DNA from: Octopus sinensis
Taxonomy: Eukaryota
Assembly: GCF_006345805.1 (NCBI RefSeq)
Contig: NC_043001.1
Location: 95,356,001 to 95,420,000 of the forward strand
Reading direction: 5' to 3'
DNA length: 64,000 nt
How positions within the stretch are numbered: the first letter of the stretch is position 1; each line of letters begins with the position of its first letter. Positions 14,221 through 26,480 of this stretch are shown piece by piece. The notes below the pieces were generated by a model, which did no database searches, had not been told where the DNA came from, and saw only the letters and a list, made by a program, of their open reading frames with translations. Both the position numbers and the translations under genes were made by a program.

Positions 14221-14365
14221 AGGGGAGAATTCACAAAAAAACAAAAGACGAAGAGAGGTGGTGTAGAAAAACAGATGTATTAGTATAACGCTCGGGAATT
14301 GAAAAGGTCTTTAACGTTTCGAGCCTACGCTCTTCCACAGAAAGGAACACAGAAAGAAACAAGTA
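14221..14365 (-). mobile_element. Short Penelope-type element, family 2
   Basis: Minus strand CTTTCTGTGGAAGAGCGTAGGCTCGAAACGTTAAAGACC...TTCCCGAGCGTTATACTAATAC; homologous to 36716-36910 and 11335-11460. Confidence 0.7.
14309..14344 (-). ncRNA. Minimal type I hammerhead motif, family 2 (core altered)
   Basis: CTTT CTGTGGA A GAGC GTAG GCTC GAAAC GT T AAAG: stem I CTTT/AAAG, stem II GAGC/GCTC, A6>T in the core. Confidence 0.55.
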
Positions 14366-16078
14366 GAAAAAAAATTGTTTATATATGCATGTCTGTGCAT
14401 ATTGTGTTTAGAAGAGTAGTATTTCCATTCAGGAATTAGTGTATATTTTGATAGAAATACGCAAGCAAGATTTCAGTAAAGTTCCAAATTTCGTAATATT
14501 AGTATATCTCTGTAATAGAAGTATACTAAGTGTCTGCAATATGAGTGTATGTTTGTTGATGTGTGTAATCACATGTCAACAACGTGAGATTTTCATGTAA
14601 AACATACTTTCTCTTGAGTCATTAAGATATTAATGCCGCAATGATCACTTTTATGCTAAGCATATAATTCATAGTTGACTTTTAAGTAGCAGACAAGGCA
14701 TTCTATAACCTTTATTGATTTTACTTCAATAAATATGTAAAACTGAATAGATTTACTTCTGAGAAAATATTACTAAAGAAAAAGAAATATCGTATTTTGT
14801 TAAGCAAAAAAATAAATGTATTTATAGATCATGTCGTTTGTATTCTTGGATAAGTCCATTAGATTTATAGTCATTGAGCATTCAATGATATAGTCTATAT
14901 ATGGCATTTATTATAGTGCCGCATAAAATATTTTTACTTCTTAAAAATTAGATTTTCACTTTTTATTACATTTCGATTCTTTTCAGAAAATCGAAGCAAT
15001 TTTCTTCCTATAATATTAAAATGTAGTACCGACAAGCGAAATTATATGAAATATTAAGAAAAAAAAATTATATATTTAGATTCGTGTTTCCTTTATCAGA
15101 GAGAAATTTCAAAACAGATAAACAGAATATACTTACCTGCATCTAATGCAGTCTCCATATAATTCTCCTACAGAAATACAAGCAACTCGCCGAGCAATAG
15201 TCGATACCTAAGCAATGTTAAGTGAATAATCAATACTTACGACAAGAGACTTAATGTTTGGCAATGGAATTAACTTTACAAATATTCAAACAACTGAAAA
15301 TATAAAAATAAAAATTCTCAACGATGACCAGACTGAATTGTTGGTAATATAAACTTAACACTTTGTAAGCTTCCTATTCTCAACTTAGAATTATTCACCG
15401 AAACGTCTAAATGGTGTTATCATATCAGTGGTATAGTAATTACATTTTTCTCTTATCTGTATGAAATGCAATATAGATATTTTTATGTACGCATAAGAAA
15501 TTTAGTCTGTGATAGTTTTCCAATGAGTTATACAATATAGTTTGGTACTTTTCAAAGTTTTAGATTTTATTATTAGTAATAAATAACGCATTATGTAAAA
15601 TCAAACTCTTTCAATCGTATCACACAATATTTCGTGAAATGTGTTTCTAGAAATTTAGTACTTACGTCAGCCATATTGGAAACGAAACTTTCCCTTTTCA
15701 AAAGTTTAAACATTTTTGCTACATATAAGCTGTCTGTTACTGTGCAGCAGTTGATACAAATATCGATTTTGCTGGAAATTCATTTTTCATTCTCTTGGTG
15801 GAAGACATTAAATGCAATTAGTGCATAATGTTGAATATACGTGCGTTGAGACTAGAGATGCATTTATAACAATATGGAATATATATATGTTTATATAGTA
15901 CATGCATGAGTTGAATACTTTAGCATATCGGTGGAATAGCATATAGACACAATGTTGTGTGAGATCCATGTTATAATTTGCGCAAACTCTAAACCAACCG
16001 TACACATTCCCACTTTTTCCTATAAAGTTAAAAAATTCATTGTAATTGAATAATATATGTGTGTACAAACACTCACAT

Positions 16079-16109
<31 letters not shown>

Positions 16110-18282
16110 ATATATATATATACATACTTACATATATCTATGTTTGTATATATATATATATGTATGTATATGTATATATATTATATATATATATATATAT
16201 ATAATATATATATATATACCCAAGCACACACACACACACACCACACATATATATATATATATATAATATATATATATATATATAATATATTCTTTTATTC
16301 TTTTATTTGTTGCGGTCATGCTGGAGCATCCTCTTTAGTCGAACAGTTCTTCCTACATATTTCAATGATATTTTCCTGTTACTTAGATTTGCATTTATTC
16401 CGCTATTGCTCACCCTCAATCTTTCAGATCTGCACTACGTATTTGCAGCACTAGTGCATAGTACATTCGAAAATTAAACATTGGTTACCTAATATAAAAA
16501 TTTACTCCAATTACATGACAATGATACTGCTTATTTTTATTCTACTTATTCAGCAAACTGCATTTACACTTCAGTAACAGGCATTCAAAACCAAAATGTT
16601 GTACAGTATGTCTGTTAATCGCCACGCATGCACAGAATATGTGGCAAATCCAATAAATACGTAATTCTTTATTCCGCGAGGATGATTATATTTTTTCTTT
16701 GCGATGCTAAGAAGGTTCTGTTTTAAGAGATACTATTTAATCACAGAATTATACAACCATGCAGTTTTGAGTACTTATAGGCTGCAAGAAATCTGGTATA
16801 TTGCAATTAATCTCTTTCAAGATTATCTCGGTAGAATTATCGGTAAATAGCATGCAAGGAGAGAAACCAATTCTGCTGCTTGTAACTACTCTAAAAGAGA
16901 CTCTAGACAAGTGATGGAATTATCGTTTTTTTTAGTGTTTCCTTAAAAATAATATATAATGGAATATAAAATACATAGCTGGAATGTATAAGTAAATGGG
17001 TGATAAAATTCAGTGAAAACTCATTCAAGTAGATATTAAGTAAATTGTAAATGAAAGACGTATCTGAAAAAGGAATTTGCGACACATGGAGTACTAAGGA
17101 GGACTTGTGGAGTACCTAACACTTCTGCAGTAAAATTACAAACATATGCATATCTATGTTGACGATTTTCACTGAAGTCACAAATAACCTCTTAGTATAT
17201 TGTGATTTAACATTTAAACGAGGGCTACTGAAAAGTTACTGGCATTTAAGAACATCAAGATAGGCCCGGTTGCAGGACCAGACTTACAAGTACTTTTACA
17301 GGGCTTAGGAACACTGAATAACCGCTGCAATAGGAGTGGGAATCTGAGAGGAAAATATGTTGAATACGACCACAATTAACTGAATCTACAGCATTTTCTT
17401 TTACCCGACTTTTCAGCACTCCATTGTACACATATATACCACTACTGTTGTGAGGAATAATGTTTAATGACTAAGGAAGAAATAGCACTCCCACGTCCTT
17501 TTTCTATGTTTTTGCATTTTATTGTTTGTATATTCATTTCTCTGCTTTCTATGTCCAAAGCCATCCACACACATACAAGCGCACACACACGGGTACTACA
17601 TACAAACACATGCAATATAACGATAACTATATTCCTGTCTTCTTTCTGTGCAGACATACACACATAACCACACACACACAAATAAAACGCCCACTCACAA
17701 GAACACATGCGTAAGTATATACATAAATTTAAGCCTCAATATATAGATTCAGCTAAACTGGTCGTACTTGTAAAACAAAAGCTCCTTCATGTATCATTTT
17801 TACGAAATAGAATATGAAGTGCGACATAAGAGGAAAAACGTAAGGAGTGTATAAAATTACAAATAAAGAGGAAAACAATATAATAAAAATTATATTAACA
17901 TTTGATATTCGTTTTGAACAATTCAATGTTGAAATAAATTTTATCACAGTATATTTCTGTCTTTATGATTTTAAATATCTGTGTGTATGTGTGTGTGTAT
18001 GTGCGTGCGTCGTATGTGCGCCTGTGTGTGTGTTTGTAAATGTGCATCGTTGTGTCCTTTCGCCAAGAACTTTAGTTTATAAACGTTCCAAAAGTGTCAG
18101 TTGTCACGTGTGCGACGTACAGATGCAATTCTGCCAAGGAATAGTTGCGTTGGTTGTAACATAGTTATACTTATGCTTTGAAACTATTTCCTGTAAAATA
18201 GCACAGGTGGTTTCTTTATAGTGCTCAAATCTTCGTGCCGCTCGTTCGCTCACTCTCTCCATCAATAGAAGTAATCGTAATA

Positions 18283-18445
18283 GGTGTAGGAGTGGTTGTG
18301 TGGTAAGTAGCTTGCTTAGCAACCACATGGTTCCGGGATCAGTCCCACTGCGTGGCACCTTGGGTAAGTGTCTTCTACTGGACCCTCGGGCCGACCAAAG
18401 CCTTGTGAGTGGATTTAGTAGACAGAAACTGAAAGAAGTACGTCG

Positions 18446-18518
<73 letters not shown>

Positions 18519-18727
18519 GTGTCTGTGTTTGTCCCCCCAACATCGCTTGACAACCGATGCTGTTGTGTTTCCGTCCCCGTAGCTTAGCCATTCGGCAAAA
18601 GAGACCGATAGAATAAATACTAGGCTAATAAGGAATAAGTCCTGGGGTCGATTTGCTGGACTAAACGCGGTGCTCCAGCATGGCCACAGTCAAATGACTG
18701 AAATAATAAAAAAGAGTAAAATAGTAA
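18283..18727 (+). mobile_element. SINE family B, full composite with internal (TA)n(TG)n
   Basis: tRNA-like head GTAGGAGTGGTTGTGTGGTAAG...GGTTCCGGGATCAGTCC, then GGCACCTTGGGTAAGTGTCTTCTACT, an internal microsatellite, and a 3' part ...GGTGCTCCAGCATGGCCACAGTCAAATGACTGAAA plus A-rich tail. Confidence 0.85.
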
Positions 18728-19673
18728 AAGGTGCACTGTGTATCGTTTGACAAGTGCTTAAGTGATCGCAGAGCAATGTGAGATGAAGTGTTTTGCGTAA
18801 GAACAGAACGAACTACTCGACCTAGGAATTAAAATGACAGTCTAGCGATCGTGACTGCTGTACTCGAACCACTAAACCAAGCGCTCTCATATTGTATGTA
18901 TATGTTCCGATATCATTATCGATATACTATATGAATCACATCGTATATATCATAACAGTTTAGAAAAGCGTTAGGCGTCTAGATATACGAGGTTATGCTT
19001 CTGTGCATTTTTGATCGAGCGTAACTCGACACATTTTTAAATGTATTGTTTTGGTTCATATGTTTGCGAGAGCTATATTTCAGAGGAGATTACCTCTCGT
19101 CCAGAAAGTTCACAGAGGTCGAGCCTTCAGGGTTCACAAAGGTTAACTAATCATTTTTATTGATTTTTTAATTTTTCTTACAAAAACAATGTTAAGAAGC
19201 CGTGCTGAACAGAAGTATTTCGGGATTCAGTAACGAAATGTGCAGAGAAAGAGTAAAAAATAAAACTAATCCTAAATTGATTTTTTCCGCCCTAAATAAC
19301 TTGTTTGGGAATATATTATAATCAATAATTCATTAGTGTCTGTTAGTATGTAAACTTTTATCTGTACATAGACACATATCTGCCTGAACATACATACATA
19401 TACATACATCAACTTTTATGCATATGTTTAATGCGTACACGCCTCTAGTGATTTTAACCTTTATTTTGCCCTCTCGCTGTCATTACGCGCGCGCGCGCAC
19501 TCCCGCGAACTCAATCACATAGTCATGCATACACAAATACGCATACGCAAGTGTTACGCACAAACTCGTATGTACTCACATACATATATGACAGTCAAGC
19601 AAATATACATATCTATCTATCTATCTATCTATCTACCAATATCTATGTATCTATCTATCTATCTATTTATTTA

Positions 19674-19743
<70 letters not shown>

Positions 19744-19981
19744 TGTGTATGTATCTGTCCTCGCCACTACCGCTTGCTTACTTTCCTGTATCTTAACGGC
19801 TCATCAGAAAAGAGAACAATTGAAGAAGTACCAGGCTTCGTAAAAATATGCTGTACTGGGTTCAATACGTTCAACTGAAACTTTTTCAAGATTTTTCTCC
19901 AGCGTGACCGCTGTCTATTGACTTATAGAATTGAAAGCTAAAAGATATATTTGAATTCCACAATTGCAAATGTGACCACGT

Positions 19982-20178
19982 GTGTACCGTTGGCGATTTT
20001 TTTCCTCCGTCTTCCCTTCTCTAGATCTTTCATTTTCCTATGTTTCTGACGAAGAGCTCCGTTCGAAGCGTTGAACTCTCCTTCTTCCCTTCCTTCATGA
20101 GCGTCCAATAATACTATATTTGTTACACGTTCTCTCATTGTTGCGTTTTCTCTTTGTGTTTTCATGTTTGGATTAACT
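19982..20178 (+). mobile_element. Short Penelope-type element, family 1
   Basis: GTACCGTTGGCGATTTT...CTGACGAAGAGCTCCG...TTTGGATTAAC followed by (TA)n. Confidence 0.8.
20042..20076 (+). ncRNA. Minimal type I hammerhead motif
   Basis: GTTT CTGACGA A GAGC TCC GTTC GAAGC GT T GAAC: CUGANGA intact, G-U wobbles in the stems, A15.1>G. Confidence 0.6.
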
Positions 20179-20197
20179 ATATATATATACACACAGT

Positions 20198-20530
20198 GAA
20201 GGCGCATGGCTCAGTGGTTAGAGCGGTCGAGCTTACGATCGTGAGGTTGTGAATTCTAAACCCGGACCGGGTTGCGTGTTGTGTTATTGAGCAAGACACT
20301 TTATTTCACATTGCTCCAGTTCACTCAGCTGTAGAAATGAGTTGCGACGTCACAGGCGTCAAGCTGTAGCGGCCGTTGCTTTTCCCTTGGATAACGCTGG
20401 TGGCGTGGAGAGGAGAGGCCGGTATGCATGGGCGACTGCTGGTCTTCCATAAACAAACTTGCCCGGACTTTTAACTGGGAGGGTAATTCTCTAGCTGCAA
20501 TCCTATGGTCATTTATGACCGAAGAGTATC
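20198..20530 (+). mobile_element. SINE family C (tRNA head, CORE-like centre, LINE-like tail)
   Basis: A box TGGCTCAGTGG, degenerate B box, TTGAGCAAGACACTTTATTTCACATTGCTCCAGTTCACTCAGCTG, and a tail shared with 44680-44874. Confidence 0.85.
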
Positions 20531-20611
20531 TCAGCATATATACATACATATATATATGTGTGTGTGTCTGTGTGTACGTGTGTGTATGTATGTGTGCGGG
20601 TGTATAAAAAG

Positions 20612-20704
20612 AGATAGATAGATGGATAGATAGATAGGTAGATAGATGGATGGAGAGAGGGATAGTTAGATAGATGGATGGATAGACAGATAGATAGATA
20701 GACG

Positions 20705-20800
<96 letters not shown>

Positions 20801-20810
20801 TATAGATAGC
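20612..20810. repeat. (GATA)n/(GATG)n tetranucleotide tract
   Basis: Seen directly; similar tracts at ~10954-11025 and ~35850-35878. Confidence 0.95.
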
Positions 20811-21137
20811 CAGACAGTTACAGGCAATCAATCTCATACTTATTTTGAATTTCGTCTTTTTCATATGAATTTCCAATACATGACTGAAGATATTTTGACA
20901 CTAACTTTTCAGAAGGCAAAAACAAAAATACGTTCGCGCATGAAAACATCAATATATAACTTATACAGAGGAAAAATAAAGCATGCATGGAGATAAATGT
21001 ATGAGGGATTAAAAAGAAATCAATGTGATGTACTAGCTAATAATACATGGCTTTCAACTCTAACCAACTCCTACTGCTGAACCGCTAACTTACAGGAAAG
21101 TTAGCACGCGGTAGCGGCGAGGACAGATACACACACA

Positions 21138-21225
<88 letters not shown>

Positions 21226-21804
21226 CAACAATTAAGGGTAAAATTAATTAATCAATTTCCTTTTACATACTGAACACTTGGTGAAATTGCTTAATTAATT
21301 TTACCCTCAATTGTTGATATTATAATCCATTTCTCTCCGTCATACTGCCTCGGTTCTCGCGGTTAAAATATATTGTTTGCTAGATAGACCACGTGGGTGG
21401 AAAAGGAGTGCAGAATTTTACGCCTGCGCATTTTGAATTTGTTGGCACTGGCAGTCGGAGCTGGTTCATCTGAAGCGACAAGTTCGCCGATAGGTAAAGT
21501 TCCTTCTTTTTAGTGTTTCCAAATCCAAATTAAGAAATTTTGAGCTGACGATAGAATTGCTGATTTTATTTGGCTAATCTTGAAACGTTGACGTACTCAA
21601 ACGATCTATGTACTTGTGATATTTTTCTGTATTTACCTCCAAACCTTCGTGAGCTGTCTGGAGTAAACATTAACTGAGAGAAATTTTCTTTAAGTAGTAG
21701 AAATGGCTAAAAATATTTTTTGGGGGCTGCTATTTCTACTAAGTTCAGTATGTGGCAAAGTAATTTATTTTACTAAGCCCTAATTATATAATCAGGTAAT
21801 TTTG

Positions 21805-21867
<63 letters not shown>

Positions 21868-22770
21868 CCTTGAAAACTATTAATTGCGTTCGTATAAGTA
21901 ATGATATTGAAGGACTATTCCACATATTCGTCACAAAAGTGAAAGAATGAAATATGACCGTAAGGAACATGTTTTGAACAAAAGCAAATATTCCATATCA
22001 GACGGCAGAAAATATATTCCAGATTGCTGAGAAGACAAAATAATTGCCAACTCAGTACCTCTGGACATACTGGCTTCAAATTTTGGCACAAGCTCAGCCA
22101 ATTCTGAGGAGGGGATATATTGATTGCATCGACTTCAGTACTCAACTGGTTTTTATTTTGTCGATACTGAATGGATAAAAAGAAAAACTGACCTCAGCGA
22201 AATTGGAACTCAGAAAGTGAAGACGAAGGAAATGCCGCTTAGAATTCTACCCTGCCAAGTAACAATTCGGCCAACGTGCTGCCTTGCTATTTATAACATA
22301 TTGATGTCTAGAATGATCTCACCACATTGAGTGTATCCATGCCAAAGCTTTCGTATTTACCTGTCTATATTAATGCATCCAAAAGTTCAATATGTTCTTA
22401 ACACACTGTTGTCACGAGAGGAAACGTTGTTCACCAATGACGTACATCGACTGCCATATTTTGCGTCTCACATTATCATTACTGCTTATCTCTTCGATAA
22501 AGATCCTTTTGGTAACAGAAGGACATATATAAATTGATCACAAAATTACAAAGGTGTGTATTTTAGCATGGACACAGTCCAAACACTGAATCCTGCAAAA
22601 TTAAACATAAAATAAATAAAGTAAATAAATCTGTAGACTGAGCAATGAGTTCTTTAGTCAAGCTGCATCCAAGTATAGTGAAGTTGCAGCAATTAGATTC
22701 AAAATTGGCCTTTATCTCTTTACCTTGATCCTCACAGATAACAACGAGTTATCCTGGATAAACCCAATTG

Positions 22771-22915
22771 TACGAGGGAGCGCTGAAAAGTTCTTCACTT
22801 TGGGTTAATCAAAATACAGGAGGATCAGGTAATTATATTGTTTCATTCTCATCTCAGATTCACGTAATGACTGCAGCGGTCATTATAGTCAGGAACTTTT
22901 CAGCACCTCCTTGTA
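22771..22915. mobile_element. Mariner-type MITE with TA target duplication
   Basis: TA-CGAGGGAGCGCTGAAAAGTTCTTCACT ... AGTCAGGAACTTTTCAGCACCTCCTTG-TA: ~27 bp imperfect TIRs. Confidence 0.85.
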
Positions 22916-23202
22916 CCTCTTCAAATCTCTCTCTACGTGAATTGTGTGATATAGAGTGCTCTATACAGTGTATAAGAACACCAGTGAACTCCGTAGCTTC
23001 TGCGATTTTATTCTTTTATATAATTAATAACGAGACACGTGAAATAACAATAAGATTTATAAAATTTGCCATTTCCCCATATTACAAGAGAACATCTTGC
23101 AGAAGCGCCAACAGATAAGATTTAAAAACGGAATCCATCATAAACTCCTATGAGAATATACAATGACAATGTTTTGGAAATGGTAAGAAATAGCCAATGA
23201 AA

Positions 23203-23620
23203 GGCGGAGAGCTGGTAGAAACGTTAGCACGTCGGGCGAAATGCTTAGCGGTATTTCGTCTGCCGTTACATTCTGAGTTCAAATTCCACCGAGGTCGACT
23301 TTACCTTTCATCCTTTCGGGGTCGATAAATTAAGTACCAGTTACGCACTGGGGTCGATGTAATCGACTTAATACCTATGTCTGTCCTTGTTTGTCCCCTC
23401 TGTGTTTAGCCCCTTGTGGGTAATAAAGAAATAGGTATTTTGTCTGCCGTTAAGTTCTGAGTTCAAATTCCGCCGAGGTCGATTTTGCCTTTCATCCTTT
23501 CGGTGTCGATAAATTAAGTACCAGTTACGAACTGGGGTCGAGATAATCGACTGAATCCGTTTGTCAGTCCTTGTTTGTCCTCTCTATGTTTAGCCCCTCG
23601 TGGGCTGAAAAGAAATAAGA
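23203..23620 (+). mobile_element. SINE family A: head plus two tandem body units
   Basis: GGCGGAGAGCTGGTAGAAACGTTAGCACG head; the second unit restarts at AAGAAATAGGTATTTTGTCTGCCG (~23428). Confidence 0.9.
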
Positions 23621-24360
23621 ATTACCCAATAATTGGCCGTGATTTGAAATATTTTGTAACAAGTTTTGCAGCAAATATGTTTCAATTCATCGTATATACG
23701 GCAAAATATTCTAATTCAGCGGCGTAGCATTCATTGTAATTAAATATAAATTCCAACTGCTTTTGTCAGTTCCGTGTATTTAGTAAATCAATTAGAGGCG
23801 TTGCAATAGTTATTAATAATATGAGGATATAAATCATACAGCGCTGTTTACATAAGGCGTTAGATGTAATGTCAATAAACTTGTGTCAAACAATTTTTTA
23901 AAAAATTGTTTCTTTACTTTTTGTTGAACTTATCGCTGATGAATGAGAAATTAGGGGAGAATTATTCATCATAAATTTTATTGTGGCGGAAAATAAAATA
24001 TAAACATAGTTAATAAAAAAAAATCATTTTCTAATGAACCAAAATAATTTTCGTTCAGATAAATTTTGATTTTCATGTATGTCACGAAATTAAATAATGT
24101 ATGGTTCTTCGAGAATTTGTCGATGTGTCATGCGTTTATTTATCATAAGTATTAAAAAGCACATTGAAGGAAAACCGAGATATTCTAGGAAGGAAAGTTC
24201 GAATACATCTCAGTGTATTTCGTTATTCATTTTACGCTTCCTCATCGGCGAAAAATACACACAGATGTGTACACACGCCTAGGCACACAAAACAAATCCC
24301 TGATACACACACACACACACACACATACACACACACACTAACACACACATATATATATAT

Positions 24361-24846
24361 AATTCCCTTACGGGACTGTCACGTGAAGTTAACAGTATAG
24401 AACCACTCTATCGCTCCACCACCGCACATATCTCGATGAGATATTTAGAAATTTAATATTTCTGATTTTGGTGATCAGTGAATAAACTTCACTGTAAAAA
24501 AAAATATATATATATATTTATATATATATATATTTACGAAGTCTAGACAAATGTCTTCAGCTAGCAGACCTTTGCTAATCTAGACTGATGATGAGCAAGA
24601 CCCAGACATATGCATGTCTCTAGATGCAATCCTAGCTGTTCGGGGTGTTTGTCTCCCCTTCGTAAATATATGAGGACACAGGGAATGTGTCAAGGCCGAC
24701 AGGAAGCGTCGATGCTTCATAGGGCTAAACAGCGGTGGTGTAATTCCCTTACGGGACTGTCACGTTAAGTTGACAGTATACAACCACTCTATCGCTCCAA
24801 CACCGCACATATCTCTATGAGATATTTAGAATTTAATATTTCTGAT
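24361..24846 (+). repeat. Local ~105 bp duplication around an LTR-like repeat fragment
   Basis: 24361-24466 and 24742-24846 differ at about 6 positions by eye; 24640-24775 is homologous to the 3413-3840 repeat. Confidence 0.8.
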
Positions 24847-24866
24847 ATATATATAATATATATATA

Positions 24867-24927
<61 letters not shown>

Positions 24928-24928
<1 letters not shown>

Positions 24929-25050
24929 TCTTTTTACTTGTTTCAGTCATTTGACTGCGGCATGCTGGAGCACCGCCTTTAGTCGAGCAAATCGACCCGG
25001 GACTTATTCTTTGTAAGCCCAGTACTTATTCTATCGGTCTCTTTTGCCGA

Positions 25051-25092
<42 letters not shown>

Positions 25093-25220
25093 TCTTTTTA
25101 CTTGTTTCAGTCATTTGACTGCGGCCATGCTGGAGCACCGCCTTTAGTCGAGCAAATCGATCCCGGGACTTATTCTTTGTAAGCCCAGTACTTATTCTAT
25201 CGGTCTCTTTTGCCGAACCG
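24928..25220 (-). repeat. Two near-identical SINE-B 3' fragments, each bounded by (TA)n
   Basis: 24928-25054 and 25092-25220 share both end points (CTCTTTTTACTTG ... GCCGAACCG) and differ by two 1-bp indels. Confidence 0.9.
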
Positions 25221-25228
25221 ATATATAT

Positions 25229-25263
<35 letters not shown>

Positions 25264-25394
25264 CATATAGACACGCCAACGCCCACACATACATATATAG
25301 AAATGATACAAATGACGCCGTTGGTATTGTACTTTCAATAGCTCCAGTAAATGGAAGTTTGCTTCTGACTGACACCGCTTCTATTCATAAGCAG

Positions 25395-26480
25395 TAGGAA
25401 GAATATTTATGCGAACTGTTGAGCAGACCATGATGTGCTTATATGAGGATGACAAAAAAAATCAAACACCTTCCAGTTATAGAAAAGATGGCATTTGAAT
25501 CAATTCTAAATTACATTATTTAGCTGTGAATAAGCAGAATAAAGATAGTTCTCCAGGGTGTGATGCAATCTGCACAGAGGTCTTGAAATATGGGGGTGAC
25601 AAAATTCTTGAACTCTTGAATATATTAATTTATCACTGTTGGAGAACTGAGAAAGTGCCTCAAGATTGCATTGATGACATTTTAGTATCCTTGTGTAAAC
25701 CGGGGCCAAAGGATCTGTGTGATAATTTTCGTAGGATTTCGCTTTTGTCTGTGGTTATTTTCCCGCATTCTGTTTGAACGTTTAAATAGCGTCATAGTTC
25801 CAAATATGGTGTTTGAGTCTCAGTGGACTTTCCGCTCCCTCGTGGGCAGAGCTGATTGTATCTTTACAATAAGAAAAGAACATTGAACGGCATCTTGCCG
25901 TTTGCCATTGTTTTGTTGATTTGAACAAAGCATTTGATACTGTTAATCGAAATTCTCAGTAGCTAATTCTTATGAAAACAGTTTGTCCAGAAAAATTGTA
26001 AACATGATCAGGGTTTTGCATGAAGATATGAAAGCTCGATTTAATGTTGGTGGCAGGTTCTCTGAAACTTTGGCCGCGGGAAAAGGATAAAGCAAGGAAA
26101 CCCTGATGCACCCACCATTTTGCAATATGTTTTGCTATTGTGTAGTCACACGATTTTCGGAACTCTGAGAAGAATATTTGCATAAAGTATCGAACACCAG
26201 GGAGTGGTTTTAATCTGACTAGACTGAAATTCAAAACGAAGGTTTTTACTTCACCCATTAAGGACCTGTTATACGCGGACGAATGCTCTCTAGTCAGTTA
26301 TTCTGAAACAGTCCTGTAATCTCATGTATCTGCTTCTAATGGTTTTGGCTTAACCATCAACTCGGAGAAATCAGTTGTAATGAGGCTACCTGCATGTGAT
26401 GCTGTTTTCAACCACAATATAATTGTTATTTAAGGCAAACTACTTGATATTGTTGATTCTTCCATTTACCTTGGAATCTC
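25395..26480 (+). pseudogene. Decayed RTE-clade LINE reverse transcriptase
   Basis: SPGCDAICTEVLKYGG...CW...KVPQD...NFRRISLLS; DLNKAFDTVNR; YRTPGSGFNLTRLKFKTKV...IKDLLYADEC. Many stops and frameshifts. Confidence 0.85.

Noticed and set aside
20198-20275. tRNA gene (also considered at 44342, 56448 and 18283)
   Set aside because: A/B-box-like heads run directly into SINE bodies; no complete cloverleaf or oligo-T terminator.
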